This document shows positions 38,885 through 51,917 of a DNA stretch of 64,000 bases, piece after piece (within the stretch, counting starts at the first letter, position 1; each line of letters starts with the position of its first letter). The stretch comes from Mytilus edulis (Eukaryota), in contig NC_092349.1 in assembly GCF_963676685.1 (NCBI RefSeq), positions 64,480,001-64,544,000 of the forward strand, read 5' to 3'. A model generated the notes under the pieces. It did no database searches. It was given only the letters and a program-made list of their open reading frames with translations, and was not told where the DNA came from. The position numbers and the translations under genes were made by a program.

Positions 38885-39559
38885 TACATATTGTTTGTTT
38901 TTTTTTAATTTGCCATGTATCTTACTATCTTATTCGTTATATATATATTCCATCAGTCCTGTTTAAAACTGGTGTTATATTAAAATATAATTGATATGCG
39001 TCATAATCCCGACTTTATCTGCAACAACACAGTCTAAGACTTGAAATTTCAATTTATGATGAAAATCGGGAAATTAAGATTTTGTGTAGACGACAGAGCC
39101 GTCAACCCTTCTAATAGGTCAACTTATTTTCCTTTACCCAGGCTTAAAGACATACATGATGCTCATGGTAACACAGAAGCCAAAACATTTAGAACAGTTA
39201 GGATATTGGAAATACAGCCTTGACTATAAAACAACACACACAGCTTATAGTTTGACTCAAATTAGGGTATACCATGAGAAGCGTTTACCTTTTTGATTTC
39301 TGCACAATTCTTTTGCAGCCTTTTGATCGGTTGTTGACTCAGGTTCTAAATAAAACCTACCGACTACACATTGGCTGGGTTTTTTTTTATGTTGATGGCA
39401 TTTTATCTTTTTTTTTTGTCCTTTGGTCACAATTTTTGTAGGTGTTATCATCAAGCCAAGTAAATACCCTTTTGCTCTACCTGATGGGATATATACCTGG
39501 TATCCTGGTCTTGATATTTCAAAAAGCAGCCAGACAGAAAGTTCTTGAAAAACAACCAA

Positions 39560-39900
39560 AAACACAAACATCCTTACTTTGTCTGACAAAATATAATACT
39601 TGTACTCTTTCATCCTGCAATAGCAATAAAACAATTGACTTTTGTCAGTTAACATAAGTATTCCAATTCCAAACAAAAAAAACAAATTTGGTCTTGCTTT
39701 TTTTATAAAAAGTATCTTGTCTTAGGGAGGAATAACTCCTAATGTGTAAAAAATCACTCTGAATCAAGCATAAAACTCTCTCAAACTAACATGATCAACA
39801 TGCTTGATTTCTTTCTTTTATATTGATAATATTTTTGTTGCGTTTGAAGCACGTGTTTTTCAAAAAACAATCAGCAACCAAATGTGTCCTCTTCTTGTCG
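39560..39900 (+). mobile_element. Degenerate Penelope-like element RT fragment
   Basis: Peptide IDNIFVAFEARVFQKTI..MCPLL resembles the PLE RT motif IDNIFVxFGxxxFQQxIGIPMGxxCAPLL. Many indels. Confidence 0.5.
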
Positions 39901-40099
39901 AAAAGAGGCGCGAAAGATACCAGAGGAACAGATGGATCGAAAATAAACTGACAACGTCATGGCTAAAAAAGAAAGAGACGAAGGAACAAATTAATAGTAC
40001 AAAAGACGCAAGATAGAAAGTTAAAAGCTAAGCAACACGAACCCGTACCTATATCTGGGAGTTATATCAGCTGCTCCGGAAAGGTAATTGTTTCTTTAT

Positions 40100-41450
40100 T
40101 CATATGACTTTAAATTAGCAACTGATGCTGTGGTATTGATTGTTGACATGTCACAATACCTGGCCGTTCTTTTTTTGACCCACTTATATATATAAATGTT
40201 TTATAATCTGCTCAGCAGTATGAGGGTTAAAAACTGGGCATGGATGCTGCGGTTTTGGTCGAACAAGTTTTGCCTGGTTTTAATGTATTGGCTTGATGTT
40301 TTCAAATTTTGTTTTAGGAAGCCCAGTGATTTGTTGTAATTAGCTATGATGTTCCCTTAACTTTTTGATCATTTTAAGTTTGATTGTAGTATAATGCCTA
40401 GATGTTAAGCCGAAGAAACAAGTTAAGTTTAATTTTGTGGTTATGAAGTATTAATGAAAGAATTTGTATTGTCTTCTTTTTTTGACTTACTCAAGATATT
40501 CCCTTCTGAATATTCCAAATTTTTTCCTGCTCAAAAACCTGCAGCATGAATCATTGAACCGGAAACAATGATGAAGACTTGTGGCGCTCATCTGTCAATC
40601 AGGTTTTGATTGGAGAAGATGTCACGGGGATATTGTTCTTTTTTTCTTGTTGGTTTTCGGTTGAAGATTGCATTGAGTGGACTGATATCCAAATTTCTGA
40701 AGCTCAGGTATGTTATACAATAAAAGTCATATTTATGTTTAGATAAGGTTCTTGCTTGAGCGTTTCACCTTTTATAAAAGCGGACGTTACGTTTGCATGT
40801 ATCCAATCTGTGTTCTAATGATGTTTGCAAGGATATTTTGAAAATGAGAGGGAATATTGGAATCGTTTGAGTCCTTTATTTGTTTTAACATTCATATATT
40901 TTGAAGATGAGAGGGAATATTGGAACCGTTTGTCCTTAATTTGTTTTAATATTCATCCACTGGTGTTATCTTGACCACTTATCTTATGTATAGTAAATGA
41001 GTAGTTTCCTTGACCTTATAATGATATTTTTCAGTGGTACCATCGTTTGATATGTTGGTTGTAAATAGAAATGATCAGTGTGTTGTTTGTTTTCTGTCTG
41101 TTTTGAATTGTCCCCTTTTTTAAAGTGTGACGCCTGAATTTTCTGAGCGCAAAGTTTTGATGAATAAGTATAGATTGGTATTTTTTTTAATAGTAATGTC
41201 AATGGATCATTTTTTGGAAAATCCCGATTGTTTTATTTCTCAATATAACTCCAGTATGATAACTTCTGTTCTGTTTGTACCTGCTTTTAAGATTTTTAGG
41301 TACAAGTACTTGATTTTTTAGGAAAATTTTGATATTTGGTTCATCTTATAAAAAAATAAGTTTACCCTTTCTAAAGATTTTTCTTCTGACCTTGTTGTCA
41401 ATCAAGGACTTTAATCTGTAAAACACAGCATACCAAACTAAAGTAAATAT
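40100..41450 (-). mobile_element. Highly decayed CR1/L2-group LINE
   Basis: Minus-strand peptides TDWIHANVTSAFIKGE (about 40765-40812) and NKSLGFLKQNLKT (about 40297-40335) match CR1-type ORF2 motifs. Boundaries approximate. Confidence 0.6.
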
Positions 41451-44400
41451 GTCATTTACATTTTGTTTTTTCCTTTATATTTAGCATATAGATCGTTAAT
41501 GATTTGTTTTCTAATTCATACAAGTGTGGACACAGATCAGTGTGGATAGTATGTTTGGATGTTTGACAGTGTTTGTTTCTAATTCTTAATAGGTTACTCC
41601 ACCTAACTTCACTGTACCATTCTATATATTTTGTATTTGTTTTCCTCTTCCAAATTTATTTCTTCATATTTATGCCTCAATAGCAAGATGGGGATGAAAT
41701 TACTCCGTAAACAAATTGGTCATGCATTTTTTTGTATGAAAAGTTAACAACTATAGGTCAAAGTACGGCCTTAAACAAGGAATCTTGCCTCACACCGAAC
41801 ATAAGCTATACAGGGCCCCAAAATAACTAGTGTAAAACCATTCAAATAGAAAAACCAACTATCTATATAAACTATAAAATAGCGAGAAACGATAAACACA
41901 TATGGACAACACCAACAAACGACTAACAATGAACAACAGGCTCCTGACTGTAATTTATGAAATAGTTTGAATTCACCGCCTTTTAGTATACGTATATTAG
42001 CTGACCTTAGCTTTTTGAGTTTTTTTTAAATATACTAAATAATCTTACTTTTATAGTAATATTAATTATCTGATTAGTCTTAAGAAGTAACCAAGTAGAA
42101 AGATTTTGCACCTTTTATTATTTTCCCCAAACAATAGAACAGTTTGTATATAGTTCTGAATTAACAAATTATTTTTTAGAGGCAACACGTAATACTCCTT
42201 CGTATTTCAAAGCCAAGTTTCAGAACTATATCTTGTATTCGTTCTGGTTAAGTGTTTCGTATGGAAAGAACATTTATATTATGAAATCGGATAGGTTTTC
42301 TATTTTCTTTTTGTGTAATATGATATTTCTTTTGATGTTTACCAGTCAGGTTATGTTTTGGGGATGATGTGGGTTTGGGACACCTGCATTTCTCAAAATA
42401 ATGACTTATCACCAAGATCACATGCATATGTCATATATTAAGTTTGATGTTTCAATTGTGGATTGAATAAATAAGACAACTGAGAAGTTCAACATTACAC
42501 AATGTGTGTATTCCCATGCAGCTTGCGGTACTGGCACTCTTACAACCATCGCAATAACATTGTATCTAGAAATACTAGACCTTAAAGCTATCACAACAGA
42601 TTGCATGTTACTCCGATATCTTTTGGCATGGTCTACATTACTTCTTTTGGTATTAGGTTCTGATATAGTTTATATATATGACAATTTATATACTAGCCTG
42701 AAGTCAAAACATGTGCACTCATGTATTTTCCTCATTTTAATTGACTCAGCTTCTTCACTGATCGATCGAGTAAAAGTCTACTAATGACGGGTAATGGTCA
42801 GATGGAACTTGTATTCTGATGTTAATTTTTGTTATTGATTGGTCTTGTTACGTACGCGGTATACTATTGCATACTATCTCTGCACCAAAGAAGTAAGATT
42901 GCGAAATTAAAACAGTGATCAGTACGTATAATACTACTACTTCAACTTGAGTTCCACATCATGGTTTATTGTGAGTTGCATTTGATACATAAAATTGTTA
43001 TATTTTAATGTTTTTGTTAATATTGACCTCTTGTTAATTTGGCTATAACTAAGCATGTGTGTGTACGGAGAAAATCAAGGACGCACTGCAAATTATATTA
43101 AACACCAATTTAGCACTTTTGTGCTATTTTGTGGCGTTTTTTTTTTATTGATGACGGAAGCCGGCGTTCCAAAATAGGACCATGCATCACTTGAACTTTG
43201 GTTTGAAAATAAAAATCCTAGTCAATTAAGTCTGGAAAAAAGTAAAATAACAAAAATACCTAACTCCGAGGAAATTCTAAAGTCCGGGCCGTAAGCAAAT
43301 GGAAAAATCATAAGCGCAAACACATCAAACGAATGGATAACAACTGTTATATTCTTGACTTTATACAGACATTTTATCTGCAGAGAATGGCAGATTAAAC
43401 CTGGTTTCGTAGCTAGCTTAACCTGACACTTTTATCATGACATTCGCATCAAATTGAAACGAGCGTACCTGTCACGTGACGATTCCATCTCACATTCTCA
43501 GTGTTGACATGCATGATATACAGTAGTTCGACTTCTTAGACCACTTGGTCCGACCGACGAAGCCCGTGATAATTTGATTAATGACTTGTTCTATTTTCTG
43601 CAGTTAAAGTTGAACTGTCAGACAAGTAACGATGTATTGAGATGTATGGCATTAACATTAAGTTAATCCTATTTGTTTTCTTTTCAAGTAATTAAACTTT
43701 CTGATCAAGATGCTGGTGATTGTGCATCAGCTTTGATAATGCAAGGATGTGATTTTTCCTTAAAGTTTCGAATCAGTAAAGATTCTAAAGGACTTGTATT
43801 TAAAGTTTGTATATTTAAACTTTGTAAGGCCCTTTTGTCAATAAGTCTGAAGCACTAGTAATCTGTCTGTGTCTTAGGCTAGCCCGGCGTTCTCCCCTCG
43901 ATAACATTTCAATAGATAATATTATAGAAATACCAGTGCTCGAAATAAGAGATGTGGAAAAAGAGAAATCCTATCATATCTAAATTAAATAATCAGCTGT
44001 AATAATGGCTATGTCATGCAAAAAGACTACTTTAACCTTGGCTACTTTAACATTAATACCTACTTATGAGGGGCAAATTTAGTCAAAAGTATTTTACTTT
44101 ATAAGGAACCCATGAAATAGTTCAGGGGACTGTAAATCAATTTCAAGTTGCTCCTAATTAAATATTCATGAATGTCCACAATCATTTCAGGACCTCCACA
44201 ATTCGATTTGAATAAAGCATCATGGACCTCCTTGAATATTTAAAGATATCCTGAAATTGAATTATGGAGATCTTAGAATATATAATAATGGAGCTGAACA
44301 AATATTAAGGATATCCTGAAAATATTTCAGGACCTCATAAACCTTGATAAAATTATGTTGACGAATTATTTTTTAGGCCGCAGTTCTTGAATTATTTTTT

Positions 44401-44508
44401 TAGAATATCATAAAATTGAATTAATAAGAGCCTGAAAAATTTCGAAAGGTCCTCGATGATTTGAAGATTAATCCTAAAATCTATAGTAATTATGTCGGAT
44501 GTTTAAAA

Positions 44509-44542
44509 CTGAGACTACTATAACATCATATAGTAGTCTCAG
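44509..44542. mobile_element. 34-bp hairpin flanked by a 7-bp direct repeat (possible transposon footprint)
   Basis: tttaaaa [ctgagactactata acatca tatagtagtctcag] tttaaaa. Confidence 0.65.
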
Positions 44543-45905
44543 TTTAAAAATACAATAATTTTGACTAAATCATCTCTCCTATTTGTAACCTCCCTTAGCC
44601 TGTGTTAAGATTAATTAAAGTATTGATACTGCATGATAAATACATTTTTTTTTATACCTATATGTGCCTTCGACCAGAGAAAAAACAAAGCCTAAATTAT
44701 AATGTACCAGCTGTGACACAGAATTATCTTAATCCGGAATGTATACACATTCTTTCCGTATTGTTTTATGTTCGCGCCAAAATGTCATTCAAAATCACGT
44801 GTGATGATTTATTTACAAACTGACTGGCGGGATATTGCAAGTAAACACAGAAGACAGATTAGAAAGGTAAATTTGCCAGTTTCATGCGATGCATAATAAT
44901 TTTTTTTGTATAGTGTGCAGGTTTTATACTCATGTTCTGTTGAATTCTCTGATTTATCCCATCGAGTATTTAATTCTCACTCCTAGCTTGACCCCCCCTT
45001 TTATCTGTATCCTGTAGCTACATGTCATGTATGACAATGCGTGAGTAACAAACGTTTGTGACAATGAAACCTTCATATGAGTAATAACTACAGCTGACAT
45101 ACTTAAGTAATGTTATGTTTAAGGAAACAGCTTAAGTCAGGAAATAAAAAAAGATGTAAAAAATAGGGTAAATGTAAAAATATAACATTTATATCAATTA
45201 TGAAGTTATTATTTATTAATAGAATAGCAAAACAATAGAATGTAGCAGCTAAATTAACAATGATACAAAATGTTTGTCTGTTTTAATGTGTTTAAAAAAA
45301 ATATAAAAAAATGAATAGTTTAACTTCCTATGATCCCTGCTAGTCCAAATAATTATGACGTCTAAGTAAGTAAGTAAATTTTATTTAGAGTCGGCATATA
45401 TATACATAATAACAGACCAAACGTTAGCTCTGGTGAGCTCTTTAACTAACTATCACATACAAAAATCATGCAGTATCATGCAAATACTATCAAATAAAAA
45501 TGAAAAAAGCATGCAAGTATATATAATGAAAGCAAATATATTAGATCTGTGAGCCTCCAGAGTCAAAGTTCATGTGGCAAGCGCCTCTATGTGTATGAAA
45601 TGGAGGAGTCAGCAAATCACTTGAAAATCATAAAATAATAACAAACTAAAAGCATAAAAACAATAAATAAAAGCATATAATATAATAGCCTTTCAAGACG
45701 TCGTAAATATTTGGACTACATGTATGATCCCTGCATGACATTTTTGTGTTTCATTAACAGTTAATACATGTATAAACGATTTCAGGATTTTGTTCATTTC
45801 CGTTACTGCTAACTTTCCACAATTTCATTTCATTCAAAACTTTCTGTTTCAAATTTGGGTTTTCGATTTCTAAGAGTAATCAAGGATTTGTATAGTATAG
45901 TCTTA

Positions 45906-46267
45906 GGCCGAGAAAAAAAAGATCCGTGTTTCCGGTAACCCGACCGACCCTGTTTTTTTAGCCCCGACCCTAACTTTTTTATTGGATCTTCCAAAAAAAA
46001 AAAAAAAAAAAAATTATCAACCGACCCTGTTTTTGACACAGGCTTCTGATAGATGACATAATATTTTTTCTCTCTTGCTTCCTCTTGCATAGAAAGCCAG
46101 TAAAACATTTTATTAATGTCAAAAGGTATTTCAAATAGGTTAAAATCCAAGAAATTTGCACAGCAGGTGCTTCAAAAACATTGCAAATGGCACACTTCCG
46201 GTTTTTGAAACTAATTACGGATCCGGACTTGGAAAAAACATGATAATTTTCCGGATTTCATTTACGA

Positions 46268-46304
<37 letters not shown>

Positions 46305-46367
46305 CCGACCTACCGACCCTATTTTTCAAAATGATGTTACCGGAAACATATCTTTTCTTTTTAGGCC
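45906..46367. mobile_element. PIF/Harbinger-like MITE (GGCC ends, TTA TSD) inserted in a small hairpin element
   Basis: TIR ggccgagaaaaaaaagatccgtgtttccggtaac / gttaccggaaacatatcttttctttttaggcc, TTA at 45903-45905 and 46368-46370. Confidence 0.8.
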
Positions 46368-49206
46368 TTACTATACAAATCCTTGGAGTAATCTAACCTA
46401 AATGATGAAGCTGACATATTCTGCTGCTCTATGATTACAACATCATCTACTGGGAACAGGGATGGATTGTGAGAAAGGCATGAAATATTCTGGCAAAGAG
46501 TAATACACTTAGTCCAAGTACGCAAATCACTGAACGTCACAAATTTGATTAATTTCTGTGATTAGAAAACCATGGATTTGTTTATGGTCTTGGCTGTTTA
46601 GAGAAGGTCATGGAGATAAAAATTTAGCTGTAGTAGGAACTGTGGAAGCTATGTATTTAGGGTGGGTCTCATTTGGGGTCTAAGTGTGACGTGGGATTGC
46701 AGATTTTTTGTAAGCGTGACACGTGAAAGTCAAATTATTGTGCAGTGAAAACGGGAAATGAATCTAGCGGGACACGGGAAATTAAAAAAAAATGAGAATT
46801 GCTTACATAACAAGACTATGTACTAACTTAAAAAAATGCTTTACATCAGCTTATCCATACAAATTTTCTACTATATTTTTTACAGGGGGGTCCAAAGAGA
46901 TGGCTCTTATCTCAATGATGTCTAGTTCATGATGAAGTCATTAAAAAGAGAAGAAATTTACATCAATTTAAAAAAAAAAAATTTTTTTATATATATTTTA
47001 TTACCTATAATCCAGATTCCTTAAAGATGGTGTGACAACTAATGCCTGACTGTATTTGTCCCCCCTGATTGCAATGTTGACTTGTAATAAACAGGATAAA
47101 AAAATTAATAACAGTTAACTTGAAGCTGCCAATTTTCGTGATGTTGTTACAAATAGCTTTAAAAAATTGTGAATTCAAGTTGACCCTTGAAAATATCTTT
47201 CATGTCCTTTTACATGGTTTACAGCTAATATTGACATCGGAACACCTTAAAATATAAAAACCTCAAAACAAAGCATTATAGTGTTTAACAGTACATAAAG
47301 TTACATTATATAAATTCTGTATAAAGTCAGTAGCAAAGCTTTTACATTATCACAAAACATTTTGTTTGTAACATTTTTAAAAGTGAAATCAAACATTTTA
47401 ATGATAGCCGTAAAGCACTTAATCCTGATAAAACAAACTTGAGCTTCTCATAAAAGTAGGATTAATTGATAAGAGGAAGGAAGTGTTTATTGGTTTATGG
47501 GGACTATCAAGGAATTTGTTGTGGTCTCACCCATAATGTCTACCTGCGCAGGTAACAGTCTATGACAGGTTTACCTGGAAATCAGACTGATAGCTGAATT
47601 CAGGTTAGCCTTTTATATATGATATTTTTTCTGTTATAGTTAATTTTTTTTCATATTTTCCATTAATTTCAGTTATAAAATAAAAAGGATATATGTGAAG
47701 ATCTAAATTAAGGCATTGATTTTTAAGTCTAAAACATATTATTAGACTTTCTTATATATCCTTGATAGATTGGTTTTTAAATTTGAATAAAAATGTAAGT
47801 TAATCGTACAACAGGATTAATGTATACTATTTTAAAATTGATCGGACATGCCATTTATCACAATACTTTAAAAGCAACAGCAAAATGTTTATGACTTAAT
47901 TCTTTCTTCACCACCTATATTGAACAATCTCACTGATATAAAAATTACTCATCGTAGTATTATAGTACATGGCATGTTTCATTCATTCTTTATGTCAAGT
48001 ATGTTGTTATCTTTTAACAATGTTTAAGATGAAATATAATATGATAAAATCGATATTTAAATTTAAGGCTATGATATGCACGTAGATTTGATTTGATCAT
48101 TTGATATGTTTTGTTTAAAGCAAAAAGATTAAGTAGTTTTAAAAAAAATCAAGATGAAAGGATTATAAAAACACCATGAAGATCATTTGGCTAGCAGTCT
48201 TAGGTATAAAGACAAATTTCTTAAATTGTTTTTTGTAATATGCACCATGTGCACAGTGAAAGTGAATTGTATGCAATTACATGATTATTTAAACCTTGGG
48301 ATCGGCTGTGATTTTACATTTGTTTAAAAAGCTTCTGATTAATTACTGTTCAGGTCAAATGTCAGTATTTTACAAGTTTAAATAGTTATAATGTATTTTC
48401 TTTGCTTCCTGGTTTAATATGTGTCTGCATAAACCCTTTAATTTCATACTTCAAAAGAGAATTTAAAGACTTTATATACAAATGTTTAATAGCTATACAT
48501 CTAGGAAGAGTAGAGTCTTCATTAAAATTATGATTTTAGATCTTTTAATCTTTATAACATTCCTATGAGGAAAAACAGAAACCAGCATCTGCTGCATTGA
48601 TATCAGCATTGATAGCCCTGTAAACATATCGACATGTAACATATATTTTAGTAAAAGACTTCTGGACATAGATATCTGTAGTCTGCAACAAAAATGTAAG
48701 ATATATACTTTTTACTGTTCAATTATTTTGTGAGTTTCATCATGTACATACAAATGACTTTATAGTAAGAAGAATTTAATTTTTGTTATCAAATGAAATT
48801 TATCAGAAGGAGGAATCATGAGAACGTACAAATACGTAAATAAAAACAGTTGACTTCAAGAATGAGTCACAAAAAATGAATATTTCATACTATGTATTTT
48901 CACTTAAAGAACAATAAGAATTTTATTGGTTCATTCACGCCAAGCATTTTTATGCCCCACCTAGGTGCATAATGGCCTGGCATTATGTTTTTCCGTCTGT
49001 TTGTTAGTTCCTTCCTCCATCAGTTCATCCTTCCATCCATTCAGGTTAAAGGTTTTGATCAAGGTAGTTTTTGCTGAAGTTAAAGTCCAATCAATTTGAA
49101 AGTAAATTCACATGTTTCTTATGATATGATCTTTCTAATTTTAATTCAAAGATAGAGTTTTTACCCGAATTTCATAGTCCACTGAACTTAGAACATGATT
49201 GTGAAC

Positions 49207-49387
49207 CAGTGGCGGATCCAGAACTTTTCCTAAAGGGGGAGGGGCCACTGACTGACCTAAGGGGGGGCCTGCTCCAGTCATGCTTCATTGATTCCCTATA
49301 TAATCAACCAAATTTTTCCCACGAAAAGGGGGGGGGGGGCTAACCCCCCCCCCCCCCCCCCCCCTGCCCCCCCTGGATCCGCCTATG
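49207..49387. mobile_element. Short MITE with 5-bp TSD (cagtggcggatccag family)
   Basis: cagtggcggatccag ... ctggatccgcctatg, TSD tgaac. Confidence 0.8.
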
Positions 49388-51751
49388 TGAACTTGTTAAG
49401 TTAGGATTGTGGGTAAAATTTCAAATTCTTTGACAAATGTGTGATGTCAGCTTAATGTGATATTGTTAGTTGAAATGTATTTGGATGTGATTAACACATT
49501 GAACATATGAAACAATTAAGTGCTCTTTTTATGCCTGTCCAAACAAAGGACAGATGATTTTAAAAATTGTTTTTGTCTTTGGAACTCTTCAGATGTGTGA
49601 AAAGGTTCCACTATCAACTATAGAATGTTTGTTTCAATAATAATTAAGTGAAAGACAATGTTTTAGGCAAGTTCAAGTCACAGTGTACCCTTTCACTGGC
49701 AGATGTAATATAGATCTATAACTGTGACAGAACAAATTCTGCTACACAATAGTCTGTATGCCAATATTACAAGGAATTGAGTCTGTAATTGGAGATCCCC
49801 TTTTCAGTTGTCTCCCTTAGGAGGGACATCAATCTTTATTGACAATGGAGAGCTAACTCAAAAAGCAAATTTATCTTTGAGTATTTTGCATATTACCTTT
49901 CTCTTTGCTACATTTTTTTGTATCTCTGATGTGTTAAAATATCCCTTTAACATTTATGTACTTATATCATCTTTTAAATCTTAAAAAAATTGAGTAGGAA
50001 GTACTTAGAAGATTTATTTAAATCTTAAATTAATCAGACCTGAAAAAGTCAAATTGTACTTTTATTTTTCATTACCTAAAGCATTTTCAAAGTTGTACGC
50101 CCCTTAACTAAGTTAACAAATTGATATTTTGTAAAGAAAAACAAAAACATAAATCTTCAAGGTTGTCCTCATAATATGATATTTTATTGAAAAAATACAA
50201 TTAAAGCTTTTATTTCAACATGTTCAAAGGATATCATAGAAGCTAATAACTATTTTCTACATATAAAGCATCAGCTGGTGAAAATATAAAGATTTAGATT
50301 AAATATTGATTTTATATGAAACCTAAAGACTTAATGAGACCATACATAGGTAAAAAGATATCTACATAGAAAATATATCAAATGTTGAGAGTAGATAATT
50401 GATTTCATTGAAATCTGTTGGCTGATTATGTCATTACAATCCTTCAATGAAATAATTTGCTTTGACAGTCATGACTGTCCTTTGAAGGAATTGATTTTAT
50501 ATGAAAACTATATATACAAGCAGAAAACTTGAGAAAAATAGTCCTAATTAAAATCTTTTGTACCTATGAGCTGCTATGTTTGTATATCTAGTTACTGAGG
50601 TATCTGAAAAATTTCATGAATTTAAATTTGAAAATACAAGGTTAATGTTATCTGGTTAAATAGGTATTCTGGCTGAAGTAAGGTTAATTAAATGAAAGTC
50701 ATCTATTTATCATTTATGTGCGTCATATTTCAGTCATCACAATAAACTTTTGTAGCACAGGCTCTTTTTGGGAATTTTTTATACTGTCTATTCTATAACA
50801 ACGTATTGGCCTGTAAAAGAAATGCTTAAAAGGCTCAAAACAAATTTTTACAAGCCTTCTGCTGAGCTTGAAGGTTGCACTTTGTAAATACAGCTGTTTC
50901 TCAAAACACGCCTCTTTTGGGGAGTAATTGAATATTCATAGAAAATTCATTTTGTTTACATACTGGTTCCCAGTTATGCTCTCTGTGTTCCATATCGCAG
51001 AGACAGAACTTGGGAATGTTACCAGTAAATAAACACGTGCATATTGTTTACATTGAAATCTGTGGTAACCTTTCATTCGAGGTAGGGGTAGTTAAGAAAA
51101 TTAGTGTAAGTTTAAACTCAGAGAAGTTCAGGGCATATAAACGTTGAAAATATGCCGCACAGCCCTATATTTTGACCTTTGAAAAAAATTGTGGTGCATA
51201 TGAACTTTCAATTCTAGGATAAGATTTTTTTCAAAACTTCATAGTAAAAGTGGTACAGTTTTAGCCGTAAAAGGAGTTCCTATGGGAAATTGCATTGTCA
51301 ATATTTACAGAAATGCAACCTGAAGACTGCATGCTGTCCACCTTTTTCTCCAAGAAAAGTAATAAAGTATAGTATCTATATTGAATGGTCTTATGGACGA
51401 ATTCAGAAATAGTCATATTGGAAATATTACTATAATTTTAGACTTTCTCACTAGTCGTGCTAGTCAAGCCTACTGTTTAGTGGGTGATGAGACCGTCTTA
51501 GGTACGTGATTATAACAACAGATAATGAACGTTTGATTTGGTCCATTATATGTAATTTGAGATGCTTTTTTTTAAGAGTCCAATATTTTGGTATGATCAG
51601 ATGGCATGGTCACAATAAGCTTGAAATCTTTGGTAAATTCAAATATTTCAGCTTCTTTCAAAAGCGTGATTATTATTTCAAGCTTATCAGTTTGATTTCA
51701 ATTTTCTCCGTTATCTGCAAATGGACACTCAGCCACTTTGATTTAAATTTT

Positions 51752-51917
51752 CAGTGGCGGATTCAGAACTTTTCATAAGGGGGGCCCGCTGAATGACCTA
51801 AAGGGGGCCTGCTCCAGTCATGCTACAGTAATTCCCTATATAATCAACCAAATTATTCCCACAATGGAGGGGAGGGGAGGGGCTAGGCCCCCAGGACCCT
51901 TTTTGGATCTGCCTATT
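51752..51917. mobile_element. Short MITE with 5-bp TSD (cagtggcggatccag family)
   Basis: cagtggcggattcag ... ttggatctgcctatt, TSD atttt. Confidence 0.72.

Noticed and set aside
44760-44872. Candidate non-coding first exon of the myosin gene (E-box cacgtg, donor aag|gtaaat at 44866/44867)
   Set aside because: Plausible but cannot be supported without transcript data; other donor-like sites exist (e.g. about 54163).
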